A stretch of DNA of 63,967 nucleotides, the filler included, from Basidiobolus ranarum (lineage: Eukaryota), in NCBI GenBank assembly GCA_040143965.1. It is 3 parts of 3 records of this genome, joined end to end, with 100 filler letters (N's around TTAATTAATTAA, not from the genome) between each part and the next. Parts side by side here need not be neighbours in the genome. Positions count along the whole stretch, not along the records: positions 1 to 22,323 come from JASJQH010000188.1; 2 more parts are not named here. The stretch is one strand, 5' to 3'. Positions 1-13,203 of this stretch are shown here, in pieces. The position numbers and the translations under genes are program-made. The number at the start of each line of letters is the position of its first letter. Position 1 is the stretch's first letter. The notes under the pieces are model-generated. The model ran no database searches. It was not told where the DNA came from and was given only the letters and a program-made list of their open reading frames with translations.

Positions 1-430
1 CTGGTCTTTTGCCGTTTTCACGCAGCCCAAAAAGAATATGTCGGAAATTCAAAGTAGCTGCCATATCACGATTCCAAAGACGATGGTGAAGAGTACCGCC
101 AGAAGTCCCAGTAGTCTCGGTCATGGCATCCATACATTTTTGGTTTTTGCACCTAAATTGAAAACAATCAGCTTCGTTTTTTTTGACTTGCATATAAAAA
201 GCTTTTACCTTAACCAGAAGTTTTGAACTCATCAAGGAGGTATACCTGGAAGCCTTCTTCTCATTCTAATGCCTCTAATGGGCTCATGAAACTTCACATT
301 TCCGACAGTCCAGTTGCCGATTGTTATCACAGCATCATCGCCGAACTTTTTCCGAAGATTCCTGGCTAGTCGTTTGTCTGATTGCTGTCGATTTATAAAG
401 CTTGAAAGTTTCATTTTTCGGTTTTCTGTG
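1..430 (-). pseudogene. Degenerate Fanzor1/TnpB-like RNA-guided nuclease, C-terminal RuvC region; runs off the window edge
   Basis: Minus strand reads RKMKLSSFINRQQSDKRLARNLRKKFGDDAVITIGNW..KFHEPIRG. After a frameshift near 258 it reads GFQVYLLDEFKTS (RuvC-II Glu motif, DEFKTS at 233-216). After a GT-AG intron (208..153) it reads LRCKNQKC...HRLWNRDMAATLNFRHIL (RuvC-III WNRD at 76-65). RuvC-I and the first CxxC are not seen. Confidence 0.85.
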
Positions 431-490
431 ATTTGAGAAGCGGAACGTACCGTGGCTTCCACCCAGTACCAGCGATTGAGCTTTTGACTG

Positions 491-886
491 CTATAATCTT
501 TAGAGGTGGTTTCATAAAGAGAAGAGAAACAGCAATGCCTCTTTTTTAGTTTACAAATAGAAAAGTTTGTTAAGCATATACTCTCAAAAAACATGACGAG
601 TTACAGCAATGAATTGCACAATTTGTCTACAATTATTTTGTTCATTTATCTCATAGTCATCTTATTACGTTTGCTTAGGTAGTGGCTTAGCTCAGCTGGA
701 TTTGGTGGATTTGACTGATTCATTTGTGGCAAGATTGGTAGCTTAGGCACAAGAATGAATGCCAACATGTCATTTATGATCATTAATTGTATGCCCATCA
801 TACTCTCGACGTTCTGTCTATATGCATATGATCAACAAACAAAAGTGCCCACTGCTCTATAATCTTTAGAGGTGGTCCCATAAAGA
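491..886. repeat. 30-bp imperfect direct repeat pair (491-520 and 857-886)
   Basis: CTATAATCTTTAGAGGTGGT(TT/CC)CATAAAGA, 28/30 identical; each copy is followed by GAAGAGAAA. Confidence 0.85.
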
Positions 887-2992
887 AAAGGAAGAGAAAA
901 ACTTATTATAACTTTTTCTTAAATACATCACTGATATATTGTCTTTTAGCTGATTATTTTTGTTTAATGATGCCAACAATAATGTCTGAAAAAGAACCGG
1001 GTTTTGTCTCAAAAATAAGAGCAAATCATCTCATTTTTTGTGTTGTACACGTCCCAGAAGAAGAGGTGAATCGTTTTCAGATCATCTCAATTGGATTTCC
1101 AATCGTCTCATTTTAGAGTAAAACACTGTATATATATATGTGGTAGAATTGTCATGGTGATTCGGTAGGGTTAGGGTTACGCTACATTCAAGTCATAAAC
1201 ATTTGTGGTCAAGCACCATTCCGATTTATTTACAGAAATATACCAAGGTCCCCAAGTATTCTACCAAAAATAATGCTCTAATATTAAAAGTGTCCAGTCA
1301 TAACTATTACGTTATTTTAATTTCAAGGGCGGCACACCAACTTTGATTTCACTTTGTAAAAGGATGGACTTTAGATATTGATCTATTGAAGTCCAATCTT
1401 ACTATGAGCAAAGAGTGTCTTACAGCTTCTAAGGAATTTCCCATCAAGTTATTTTGACTTGAAATTATTCTCTTTTAGTTAGCATTTAGCTTGTAAGCTT
1501 TTACATCGGTCAAGTTATTTCAAAAGTCCTACAATTTGTATGTGCGCTAACTAATTTTCTTGAACGAAACCCCGTTTCCTTTCGTATTGAAAATCTCCCT
1601 TGCATGCTCAGAAATATCTGAAGGATTTTCAAAACTGAATGAAAATCTTCAATGACATCCAGTCACATAACTAATAGATGAGGTATAAAAATTGAGTTGA
1701 TATTCCAAAAGGTCAGAAATATCCATAGATTCCTCTCCTAGCTCAACTCCTTGGCCTTTGTCAAAATATTACTTCCATCCTTGAAGAGATGAAGCTCAGT
1801 TATTCATAATTACCGGTCAAAAGGTCAGAAGATGTGTTTGTATTACTCCTAAAGTACGTTCATTATAGAAATAAAGACGATTAGATACTATAGTAACAAT
1901 AAATAGAATTTTCAATAATAAGTAACGTACTAGTAGCCAAGGAACCCTTTGAAATGGATGGGTACAATACTACTAACAAATTTAAATCTAAAAGTATATT
2001 TGACATGACCTGATCTAGGAATGACACCTAAAGTCCAATCGGAATGTATGTTCACAGGTCGATTATTTCCAAATCTTGATTGGGATTATACTAAATATGC
2101 CTTGCTTAGCCCACTGGTTTGCTGACATTCTGCCCCTATTTGACCGACTATATTTCATGAAAATAGTGCAGGTTATCAGCTATCAACCAGCTTAACAATG
2201 CATTGTTACTGAAGTACATGAAACATGTGTTACACTCACGAGTCTGTTAGCCTACAAGTCAAGAAGTAAGAAATAATATAGGCGCATGGTGAACAGGTAA
2301 TTGGGCAAATCAGATTATCTTGTAAGACATCATATTGACCTCATATGCATGACAGGGTAATATGTTACATGGCTGAGATCATGGGAGCGATAAGCCCATG
2401 ATAACGCTTTAATTGCCAAGTTCTCGCTTATATCCGCCACATGGACAAACCCAAACTACCTTGACAAACTGCCGCTACAAGCAACAGTGGTTAAAATGAA
2501 CCTCCATCGAGAAGTATATGTCTGCCAGCTCAAGAGTACATTTATTACCACTATTAGCTACAATCTAGTGACTAAAGATTGTGTCAACTAAATATAAAGA
2601 TACATTAATGGCCAATCACATAGCACAAGCTACTTTCTACAATCGATGCTTGCAATTCCAATCTCAGATAAGCCAATGAAGTTCCGACTTCATTTCGCAG
2701 AGTATTGCATTATGGGGTTTTGACCTAAATTGAACCTAGCAATTATCCAAACTCCATTAGACAACTATTACTTACAAACATAGCTAGTAGCTTCACAATA
2801 TATGTCCAATCATTGAAACACATTGAAAAAAAAATGCCGGATCCCCTGAAATATCTCAAAATCTCAACAAATCCCCACCCCTTTAACTACTACTTCCTTT
2901 TTAACTGATTTAGGGGTGTGTGAACTCTTCTTTACTTCAAAAGGATCATTATAGTACTTTTCTACGTTTCATTTGTATACTTTTTTATCAGT

Positions 2993-5079
<2,087 letters not shown>

Positions 5080-6221
5080 GCAACCACGGTCCTTTTTAGA
5101 TGTGTAGAGCTATTGGAGGGCAAACGATCTCTTTGCAACATATCTTAATCTACGCGCTCTATTGTATACTAGCTTCGTTCAGAGATTCAACACTTCTTCC
5201 TCTTGTCCAAACCTGGAACACGAGATATTTTTCTTAAGACGACGATGATAAAATGATGTCACGCGGCCGCTATATCGAGAAACTATATTAATATGCTTTA
5301 CGTTAGCCACCGTGCAAGTATCCTCACCCTATTTGCATGGCGACACTTTATGTTGATTTATTGTATATGCATATATAATCCATCCATACTATTTTTTTGA
5401 TTTTTTGCATAATCCACCTATTGTTGCAATATAGAAGCCGTATTTCTACATTTTTTGATTTCCACTGTCATTCCTTCGCTTTCTTCAATTATGTATTTTT
5501 ATTTTCGTCTTCTGATCTTTTTAATTTTTCCCCTCTTTCATGGCACTTAACGAAGATAGAACCCAGTAATCAGCCGCATCCTATATTAACAAGTAATTTG
5601 CTACTCCATCTCCCTACTATTTACTCTACGATCACACTATCATTACATTTACTACGCTCAATAAACTGTAGATGTATTATTATCTCCCATCCTCCAATCC
5701 ACAGCCCATCTGCCAAGACACTGACGAGGCATACTGGATATTAATCATGAATTGGAACACTACCGCGAGAATCTTCCACAATTCAATCATCTCTTTTAAG
5801 GATTTCCAAATGCAGTAAGAATATTCTAAATATATCCATTTATGAAAGAAGAAAATAGCTAATGACGCTATTTTTGCCAGATACCTACGCCTTGAAACAG
5901 CGTGTTATTTTTGGACTTACTAAAGAATTCTAATCTGATTTCCCCAGACTTCGCCACCTTATAATTGGTCTTGGTAGATGAGAGATTTGATATCCTGGTC
6001 ACTTTTAATATTAGCATTGCACTGAATTATTGGTTTTGTGGATGTTCTTCTCAATTTTATTTTCACTTCACCTTTAACCTTTGCCAACGTAAAATCTCAT
6101 TTTTGAAATTCTTCCTTGGTTTCTTCAATTGCCCTTTTATTATTTTTGCTTTCAATATTTTTGTTTATATTTTTGTTGTTTTCTTTGTTTCAACTGTAAA
6201 ATCTAAAACAGCTCCTGAATT

Positions 6222-7593
6222 ATGTTTGACATATTGTCAACTGCTGTTCCCCTAGAATATCGTGCTTTGTTATTAATAGATCTCGGTGTATGGGGCTGGG
6301 GTTTTAACCTTCATATACTCGAGAATATCGGTATTGATGTTCGATTGTTATTCAATTTGGATGAAACTCGAAAGTTACCTCATCAAGTGATTTACCGCAT
6401 TGCTTTTGTGTTTACTTTCATCACTCTTTTCGGCCTTTGGATTTTCTGGAAGGTGGCCGAAAACGGACAAAATGCTTCGATCGTCACTGGCTTGTGCTAT
6501 TTTTCTGTTCTGTTTTTAACACTCTCTCCGTTCAATATATTCCATAGGAAAACTCGCTTCAATTTTCTAAGGTAATTGCTTATTTTTGGTTTTGACTTTC
6601 TATTGTTAACGTGAACTAAACTATTCCATAATTAGCGCCCTCAAACGAGTTATATTCTCTTCTCTTCGTTCAGAGGTTTCGTTTGGTGATGTAATACTAG
6701 CTGATATTTTGACAAGTTTTGCGAAAGTCGGAGTGGGAATCTACATCGCATTCTGCACCTTTCTTTCTTTCACCGATTCCGCTGAACTTTCATCTTCTGG
6801 TAGCTCCTCTGACCATTTCAAACTGGACATCATGGCTCCACTAATCACTGCGTAAGTTCTTCCCTTAGCGTCTGTTCTTTAGTCTTTTGACCTCATACTC
6901 ATATGTATTAAACATTATATAGATTGCCCTTTATTTTTAGACTGCGTCAATGCATCTCGGAGTACCTATCTTCCCGAGATTCAGGTTCTAGACATTTGGC
7001 TAATGCTATAAAATACGCCTCGGCCTTTCCCGTAGTATTTTTTTCAGCTCTGATGCATCGTGAGGATGAGGATGAAAACAGTATACTATTTTCCCTATGG
7101 TATTGAGCATTTGACTGAATATATGTATAATAACGATTACTAAACAATTTCAAATGAATTTAGGCTTATGTTTGTTTTGTTTAATTCCATCTATTCATTT
7201 TACTGGGATGTAGTCATGGATTGGGACTTGGGGAATACACCATCCCAACAGAGTAAAAGTTCATTTCCCCCGTTGTTGCGACCGGTCTTGATGTTCCAAG
7301 AGCCAAGCATCTACTACTTGACCATCCTGTTGGATTTCTTTCTTCGCACTAGCTGGTCCTTGAAGTTATCAGATCACGCCCATTTGAAAGAAATCATTGC
7401 CAGTGGGTTTGTCATGGAGGGCGCCGAAATAATGAGACGTTGGTTATGGGTCTATTTCAGAGCGGAAAAAGAGTGGATTACTAAAAGATATGGTTCATCA
7501 ACTTTACGAGATTCCGCTAAATTCCATAACAATATCTACGCTCTTCAACACAATCGTATTGACGATTCTAATGACATGCCCTTGTCCCCTTAA
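6222..7593 (+). CDS. ERD1: EXS-domain membrane protein, Erd1-like; exons ~6222-6571, 6636-6851, 6923-7099, 7164-7593
   Basis: FGDVILADILTSFAK, PFIFRLRQC, HLANAIKYASAFP, NSIYSFYWDVVMDWDLG, EIMRRWLWVYFRAE; no SPX domain. Confidence 0.85.
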
Positions 7594-8271
7594 TACACCT
7601 GTACAACTAACCAATCGATTCCGAATAAATATCGGGGTATTAATTTTTAGAACAAATCAAAGCTCGAATGTCTTAGATTAATTAAGCATTCACTCGTAAG
7701 ATATAAATAAACTTCAATATTTTTATAATCTAAAAGTGCTTTAATGGCCATCGTCCAAATGAACTGCACAATTGGAGATATATTCCATCAATAAAAGTCA
7801 TGAGTTCGTACTTTTAGGAATGATATGTACTGATCATTCGATCGCATTATAACCGCGTTTGTAATCTCATTACCCAAGAACATCTACACATAGGTTGATG
7901 TCGTATCGAGTCTTATAGTCACAGTAAAACATGGTACATAAAACATATAGAAGACGCTATTATTAGTGAGTTGAAATTAGACTACAATACTGCGCCGTGT
8001 TGAAACTCGCTTCGTCGTTTGAAAGCGTTTCGGCCAAACGAATGGTTTCTTCAGACATTTTATATCGTTATCGAACACTAAACAATATATTGTCCGAAAT
8101 CTTGGTGAAACAATCCCACTACCTACATGTTGCATGCTTTTTCTTTTTCAAGTTTTACTTCTGATATGATTTCGGAACTACTAATTGATCCAGTACTGGT
8201 AGCTTAATCAATATATAAGACCGAATAACCCTATAGAGCAATTATCCTTAGATGTGCTCTGGTGCCATTCA

Positions 8272-11200
8272 ATGATGTCCAATATAGACTCCATGAGATA
8301 TGGATATCATCAACATGGGGGTATTCGTCCTTTGATGTATTTGGTACTGTTGCTCTTATCGTCAAGTTTACTACTTCCCGAAGCGTCGGCTTTCAGGAAC
8401 ACCGAAAAAGCTCGCTATTGGGATCATTCCTCTAATCCGTATCATACGGAGAGAGGAAAAAGTAATTCGAGAATGAGGCAGCGGCTTATTCCGCAAACTC
8501 GCTTATATGAGGTGGCTGCAATTCCGATGCCAATTGTATTCAACGCATGGGGAGACTATGATCCAAAGGGGCTTATGTTCACTTTAGAGCAAAATCTCGA
8601 ATATCTGAGCGGTCTACGTGAGCATGTGCTAGATTTAGTCAGTCAAAATTCCACTGAGTTGCCTATGGACTCTCTGGTTAAACCACTCGTGTTACGTTGT
8701 AATAAAGGCGATAAGATGTACATTAAATTCAAGAATTATATTGAAGGAAGTCAAGTCGGATTACATCCTCATATCGGGGAGTATGATATTGACGACGATG
8801 GAACTGCCGTCGGAAGCAATTCTAACATATTGTCAAGTTTCGGAGAAGAGAAGGAGTATACATGGCCTTGTATACATGAAGGAACTTTCATGATATCTGA
8901 CGGTGGTGACTATGATGGCTCTGATGATGGCACTATTGTGCATGGTCTCTTTGGTGCCATTATTGTTGAACCTAGAGGATCTCTTTGGACGGATCCAACT
9001 ACCGGTGAACCAACTGTAGATGGTATACATGTTGATATACATCCTTATCCATTGCATGGTGGCTGCCCTAAAAAGGACAATTATTATGAAGAAGATCCTA
9101 AATATTCTCATCCTGACTGTCCTTTCAGAGAGTTTTCGCTTTTCTTCCAAGATAAAGTTGGAATCCAAAACAAACGTCCCCCAACTGCTGATCCATGCAA
9201 GGGCCCTGATCAGACAGGAATCCCTAGAATTAACATTTTCAATTATCGCTCTGAGCCGATGAAAAACCGTGAACTGGCTTTATGGCGCAAGATAAACGAA
9301 GGGTTAATAACGGATGTAAATGGTGAAGAGCAACATCATTCCAGTTGGTTGTTTGGAGATCCAGCCACTCCAATATTTCGTGCATATGCTGGTGATCCTG
9401 TCAAGTACAGAGTTATTGACACTGGTATAACCGAAACTCACGTCTTTCATTTGCATGGACATCAGTGGAGTTCAGGAAGAGGTGATCGAGAGAGTACAAT
9501 TGTTGACTCATTTTCATTGTCGCCCTTAACTACTTGGTATGTGGACATTCATTACGGGGCTGGGTCTAGATTGAAGACTATCGGCGATGTGATTCTCCAT
9601 TGTCACTTATACGCTCACTTTGCAACTGGAATGTGGAGCATCATGCGAGTCATAGATCGTTATGAGGATGGTACAGATACTTATCCGGATGGATCTCCGA
9701 TTCCTAGATTGATTCCATTACCAGGTAGACCCCATCCTCCTTTAAAAAATGAGCGTCAGCCAGGTTTCCCCAACTTCATTGCTGGTACGCCCGGACAGAA
9801 ATCTCCTAGAGTTCCTTGGCCAGTAGAACTCTTTGGTGAAATTCCAGAAGGCTCTGACTACCGTCCTGCAACTGAAATAGAGATAGCTAGTATGAACTCG
9901 GATCCACAAATAGGAAACACTTTCACTCTGATTCCCACCCCTCGCGAGGTAACATCCCACTTTTTCAACGTCAGTATTATGACTCGCAGCGTTGAGTACA
10001 ATAAGTACGGATGGTATTATCCTCATGGTCATATGTATGCACCAGTAGAGAAAGTTCAACCAGATCCTGGGCACCCTGCTAGATACGACCCATTTACAAT
10101 GCGTGTTACCCAGAAGAGTGTCGCTGTAAGTCAGTACAACAACAACCTTCCACAGGTTATCAATGCCACAGCCTTTGATGCACAATTCCCTAGGTGTGAA
10201 GCAGTTGCTCATGAAGGTGAAGCTGGTATGCACGTGCATCTTGTCAAATTTGATGTATTGTCTAGTGACGGGGCGTCTGTAGGTTGGAATTTTATCAGTG
10301 GCGCGCGATATGGTAAATATCTCGTTAATCGTTGGTGGATTGACGATGCTTTGGGTCATGTCTTCTTTCACGATCATTTGTTCGCTAATTTCCGCCAGAA
10401 GAAAGGACTTTATGGTATCGCACCTGTATCACCTGAAGGATCCAAGTTCTACGATACTGTCGAAGCAAAGAAGGAGCAGCGCTATACACCCAGCGCAATA
10501 GTGGTAACTCCTAAGGAATCATTCCGAGAGCAAGTTCTCTTCATTGGTGATTTCACACCGGCATTTTATGCCAATGGCACTGCAATCCATCCACCTATTC
10601 GAAATGAATTGCAGGATCAAGGTATCGTTGTTATGAATTATAGAAATGAGCCACTGGTAGAAAGGAAAGGACTGGATCCTTCCGAGTGGTTCAGTAGTAA
10701 AAATCAATACGGAGATCCTTCCACTACATTATTTGAAGCTTACCGCGGAGATAATATCATTGTGCGTCTTGTACAAGGTGCTCACGATAAGCCGCATAGC
10801 TTCGAGATGCATGGAATGCGTTGGCAAAAGTTTAACGATATTTCAAAAGTTAACGTTACAAGTCAACAAACCATAGGGGTTTCTGAAGGTTTTACATTCA
10901 GAATTCAAGCTGATTATAGTGCAGGTGACCACATTTACAAACTTGGCGGCATTGATGATTTGTGGATTGGTAATTGGGGCATAACTCGTGTGTATGATAA
11001 ACCACAAAAACACTTGGCCAAAATTCCAGGATCTGGTGATATGGTATCTTCTTTCTATCATTCGTCTTCACTGAAGAACATAGCACAGAACAGATATTCC
11101 AATACGAGGACTTCTGCAAGAGAGACCAGTAAATATAAGACAAGAGTAAGTGATGTGCGCAAATATTTCCTAACTGCTAAGCGGCAAGAAATTGTATACA

Positions 11201-12282
11201 ATTCTGATGGGTGGAGTGATCCATATGGCCTGATCTACTGCTTGACCGGGTATCAGGAGCCACACTCACCTGAAGTCATCAAACCTGAACAAGGTGAATG
11301 TTTCAATGTACAAGACGATAAGGTTGATCCGTTAATTATTCGAGGTTTAGTAGGAGAGCGTATCCTACTTTACTTGCATAATGGGCTTCCTAAACATATG
11401 AGTCCTGAACCTTTCCCTATCCCAGTTCCTGCCGATGATCCACATCTTCGAGCTTCGAACAGAGTGTCTATTCATGCTCCGCTCATACAGCATGATGTAA
11501 GATATGATGATGGCAGCAATGTTGGCCGGAATCCAGATTCTACCGTCGGGCCAGGAGAAACAAGAGTATACAGTTGGTTCGCTGATCAGCATTTAGGAGC
11601 TCTTCCACTGCAGGATCATGCTGATGTTCGTAACCATAAGCACCATGGAATAATAGGAGCGCTTGTTATCTTAGATTCTCATCATGTGCCGGATAGGTGG
11701 TATGGTGCTGAAGCTAACATCCACCGACGTTCCCAGTGTGGGTTAGGGGAACTGATATATCAAGATAAAGTGGTTATATTACAATCCGGCCTACGCTTGT
11801 TTCAAAATAATGAACTTAAAGCACCAATTCCCTACGCCAACAAGTCGCCGTATCAGATTCTATCCAACTTTACTGCTCCTGTTCTTGGGGAACAGGGAAT
11901 TGACTTCCAGGATGCGGGATTGAAAGCCATGAACTATCGCACCCAGCCTGCTAGTAGACCTAGTTGGCTGCAGAATGATCAGCCCTCGACCACCGTATTC
12001 CACTCACAGGCGAATGCTCACCAAGTCCTTAATGTTGTCAGCGGTTTGGATAAACCGAGAGCATTATCCTTCCATCTCCATGGTCATACCTGGATGGATC
12101 AATTAAAGTCTCCCGAGCTTGGATATTCTTCTGTCAACAATGCACTCAGTACCGGTTCAACTGTAGCGAATTCCTTTGTAGCTAGCAACAGCACCGGAGA
12201 TTGGGCGTATCGAACCGGAAGCCTAAACGCTGAATACTTAATAGAAAGTTGGGGCATTTTCCGGGTGAGTGCTGAACTATAA
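8272..12282 (+). CDS. Large secreted multicopper oxidase, MnxG (bacterial manganese oxidase)-like, intronless; start ATG uncertain (8272/8275/8293/8335)
   Basis: ~1330-aa uninterrupted ORF with a signal-peptide-like MYLVLLLLSSSLLLPEASA. Copper motifs: LHPH, HVFHLHGHQW (~9439), HCHLYAHFATGMW (~9598, type-1 Cu), MHVHLVKFD (~10228), FFHDHLF (~10363), HSFEMHG, QDHADVRNHKHHG, FHLHGHTW. Confidence 0.85.
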   Translation: MMSNIDSMRYGYHQHGGIRPLMYLVLLLLSSSLLLPEASAFRNTEKARYWDHSSNPYHTERGKSNSRMRQRLIPQTRLYEVAAIPMPIVFNAWGDYDPKGLMFTLEQNLEYLSGLREHVLDLVSQNSTELPMDSLVKPLVLRCNKGDKMYIKFKNYIEGSQVGLHPHIGEYDIDDDGTAVGSNSNILSSFGEEKEYTWPCIHEGTFMISDGGDYDGSDDGTIVHGLFGAIIVEPRGSLWTDPTTGEPTVDGIHVDIHPYPLHGGCPKKDNYYEEDPKYSHPDCPFREFSLFFQDKVGIQNKRPPTADPCKGPDQTGIPRINIFNYRSEPMKNRELALWRKINEGLITDVNGEEQHHSSWLFGDPATPIFRAYAGDPVKYRVIDTGITETHVFHLHGHQWSSGRGDRESTIVDSFSLSPLTTWYVDIHYGAGSRLKTIGDVILHCHLYAHFATGMWSIMRVIDRYEDGTDTYPDGSPIPRLIPLPGRPHPPLKNERQPGFPNFIAGTPGQKSPRVPWPVELFGEIPEGSDYRPATEIEIASMNSDPQIGNTFTLIPTPREVTSHFFNVSIMTRSVEYNKYGWYYPHGHMYAPVEKVQPDPGHPARYDPFTMRVTQKSVAVSQYNNNLPQVINATAFDAQFPRCEAVAHEGEAGMHVHLVKFDVLSSDGASVGWNFISGARYGKYLVNRWWIDDALGHVFFHDHLFANFRQKKGLYGIAPVSPEGSKFYDTVEAKKEQRYTPSAIVVTPKESFREQVLFIGDFTPAFYANGTAIHPPIRNELQDQGIVVMNYRNEPLVERKGLDPSEWFSSKNQYGDPSTTLFEAYRGDNIIVRLVQGAHDKPHSFEMHGMRWQKFNDISKVNVTSQQTIGVSEGFTFRIQADYSAGDHIYKLGGIDDLWIGNWGITRVYDKPQKHLAKIPGSGDMVSSFYHSSSLKNIAQNRYSNTRTSARETSKYKTRVSDVRKYFLTAKRQEIVYNSDGWSDPYGLIYCLTGYQEPHSPEVIKPEQGECFNVQDDKVDPLIIRGLVGERILLYLHNGLPKHMSPEPFPIPVPADDPHLRASNRVSIHAPLIQHDVRYDDGSNVGRNPDSTVGPGETRVYSWFADQHLGALPLQDHADVRNHKHHGIIGALVILDSHHVPDRWYGAEANIHRRSQCGLGELIYQDKVVILQSGLRLFQNNELKAPIPYANKSPYQILSNFTAPVLGEQGIDFQDAGLKAMNYRTQPASRPSWLQNDQPSTTVFHSQANAHQVLNVVSGLDKPRALSFHLHGHTWMDQLKSPELGYSSVNNALSTGSTVANSFVASNSTGDWAYRTGSLNAEYLIESWGIFRVSAEL

Positions 12283-13203
12283 ATCTCAAAGTAATAAATG
12301 TATGAATTGCTATATTACGTGCTTTATATCTGAAATGTATGGAGCAAACAATTTATATAATACTTTATAACACTACTGGTACAACGCACTAGGCCTGAAT
12401 ATAGAATAATTAGCTTTTCTTTGTTAAATGATTTTTACACACCTGTTACAAGATGCAGCCAAAGAAAGATGAAATAACTGTCAAGCAGAGTGAACTTCGC
12501 ACATGTTCATATGTTTAGCTTACTTTTGTGGTCGTTATGTCAACTTTTTGAACTAGATATTCACAACACGAATTGGATTTAGAATGTTATCTTGCTACGT
12601 TCTAAAGTCAAGTTTTGAGAATATGAACTCAACCTGTGGGCAAGTGACATTTTGAAATTGTAGACTTCCCCAGTATTGAATGTGTTGTTCCCGCGAGCTC
12701 CTCTCACTTTGACTACCCATTGGTGCTCACTCCAACATATTGTTATTCTGAATGCCTTTTCTCTGACATAGAATAGTGGTTCAACTTCACAATACTACCT
12801 TAAGATGCAAGCACTGGAAACATCTATATACAGTATACTAAAATTTCCGTAAATAAAGGTATGTACCTATCTATTGAAATATCATCAGATCCATGTTCGA
12901 TATCGTATAAATACCAATCTTTAATCCTTGTGTCGGTTATGCCATCTAAATTTTTTTGGACTAAACCTAGTTTGAACTGGTCATTTCGGCTCTGTTCAGC
13001 TAGAAACATTCATGAGGTTGATTGTTCATTTGGATAAAAATTGGGCAAACAGAACTTCATTTGATGTTACTCGTGCGAGATTGCTTGATCATGGTCCCAG
13101 GAAAATATGCGACTGTAGCCAGTTAATTATAATAGTATTTCAATTTAGGTCGTCACTTTCAGAGTCGGACCCATAGGATGACACTAGATTCAACGACTCT
13201 ACA

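Larger units (their letters stand above)
1..1128 (-). mobile_element. Probable non-autonomous Tc1/mariner-like element carrying the Fanzor remnant (one terminus visible)
   Basis: CACTG at 1124-1128 (CAGTG on minus) directly abuts a TA run. Subterminal ATC(A/G)TCTCA repeats lie at ~1025, 1081 and 1102. The Fanzor remnant lies downstream on the minus strand. The other end is outside the window. Confidence 0.5.

Noticed and set aside
491-886. CRISPR-like array
   Set aside because: Only two repeat units with a 336-nt spacer, in a eukaryotic context with no cas genes.
1166-1179. Telomere-like TAGGGTTAGGGTTA (similar short run near 51968)
   Set aside because: Only about two units; compatible with chance or a promoter motif.
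9742-10377. 211-aa antisense ORF within the multicopper oxidase (and similar shadow ORFs over DED1, Ran, TEF1, GDA1)
   Set aside because: Shadow frames of real genes with no recognisable motifs.
12600-13100. Possible small minus-strand spliced gene between the oxidase and the Isy1-like gene
   Set aside because: I could not build a stop-free model or recognise a family.
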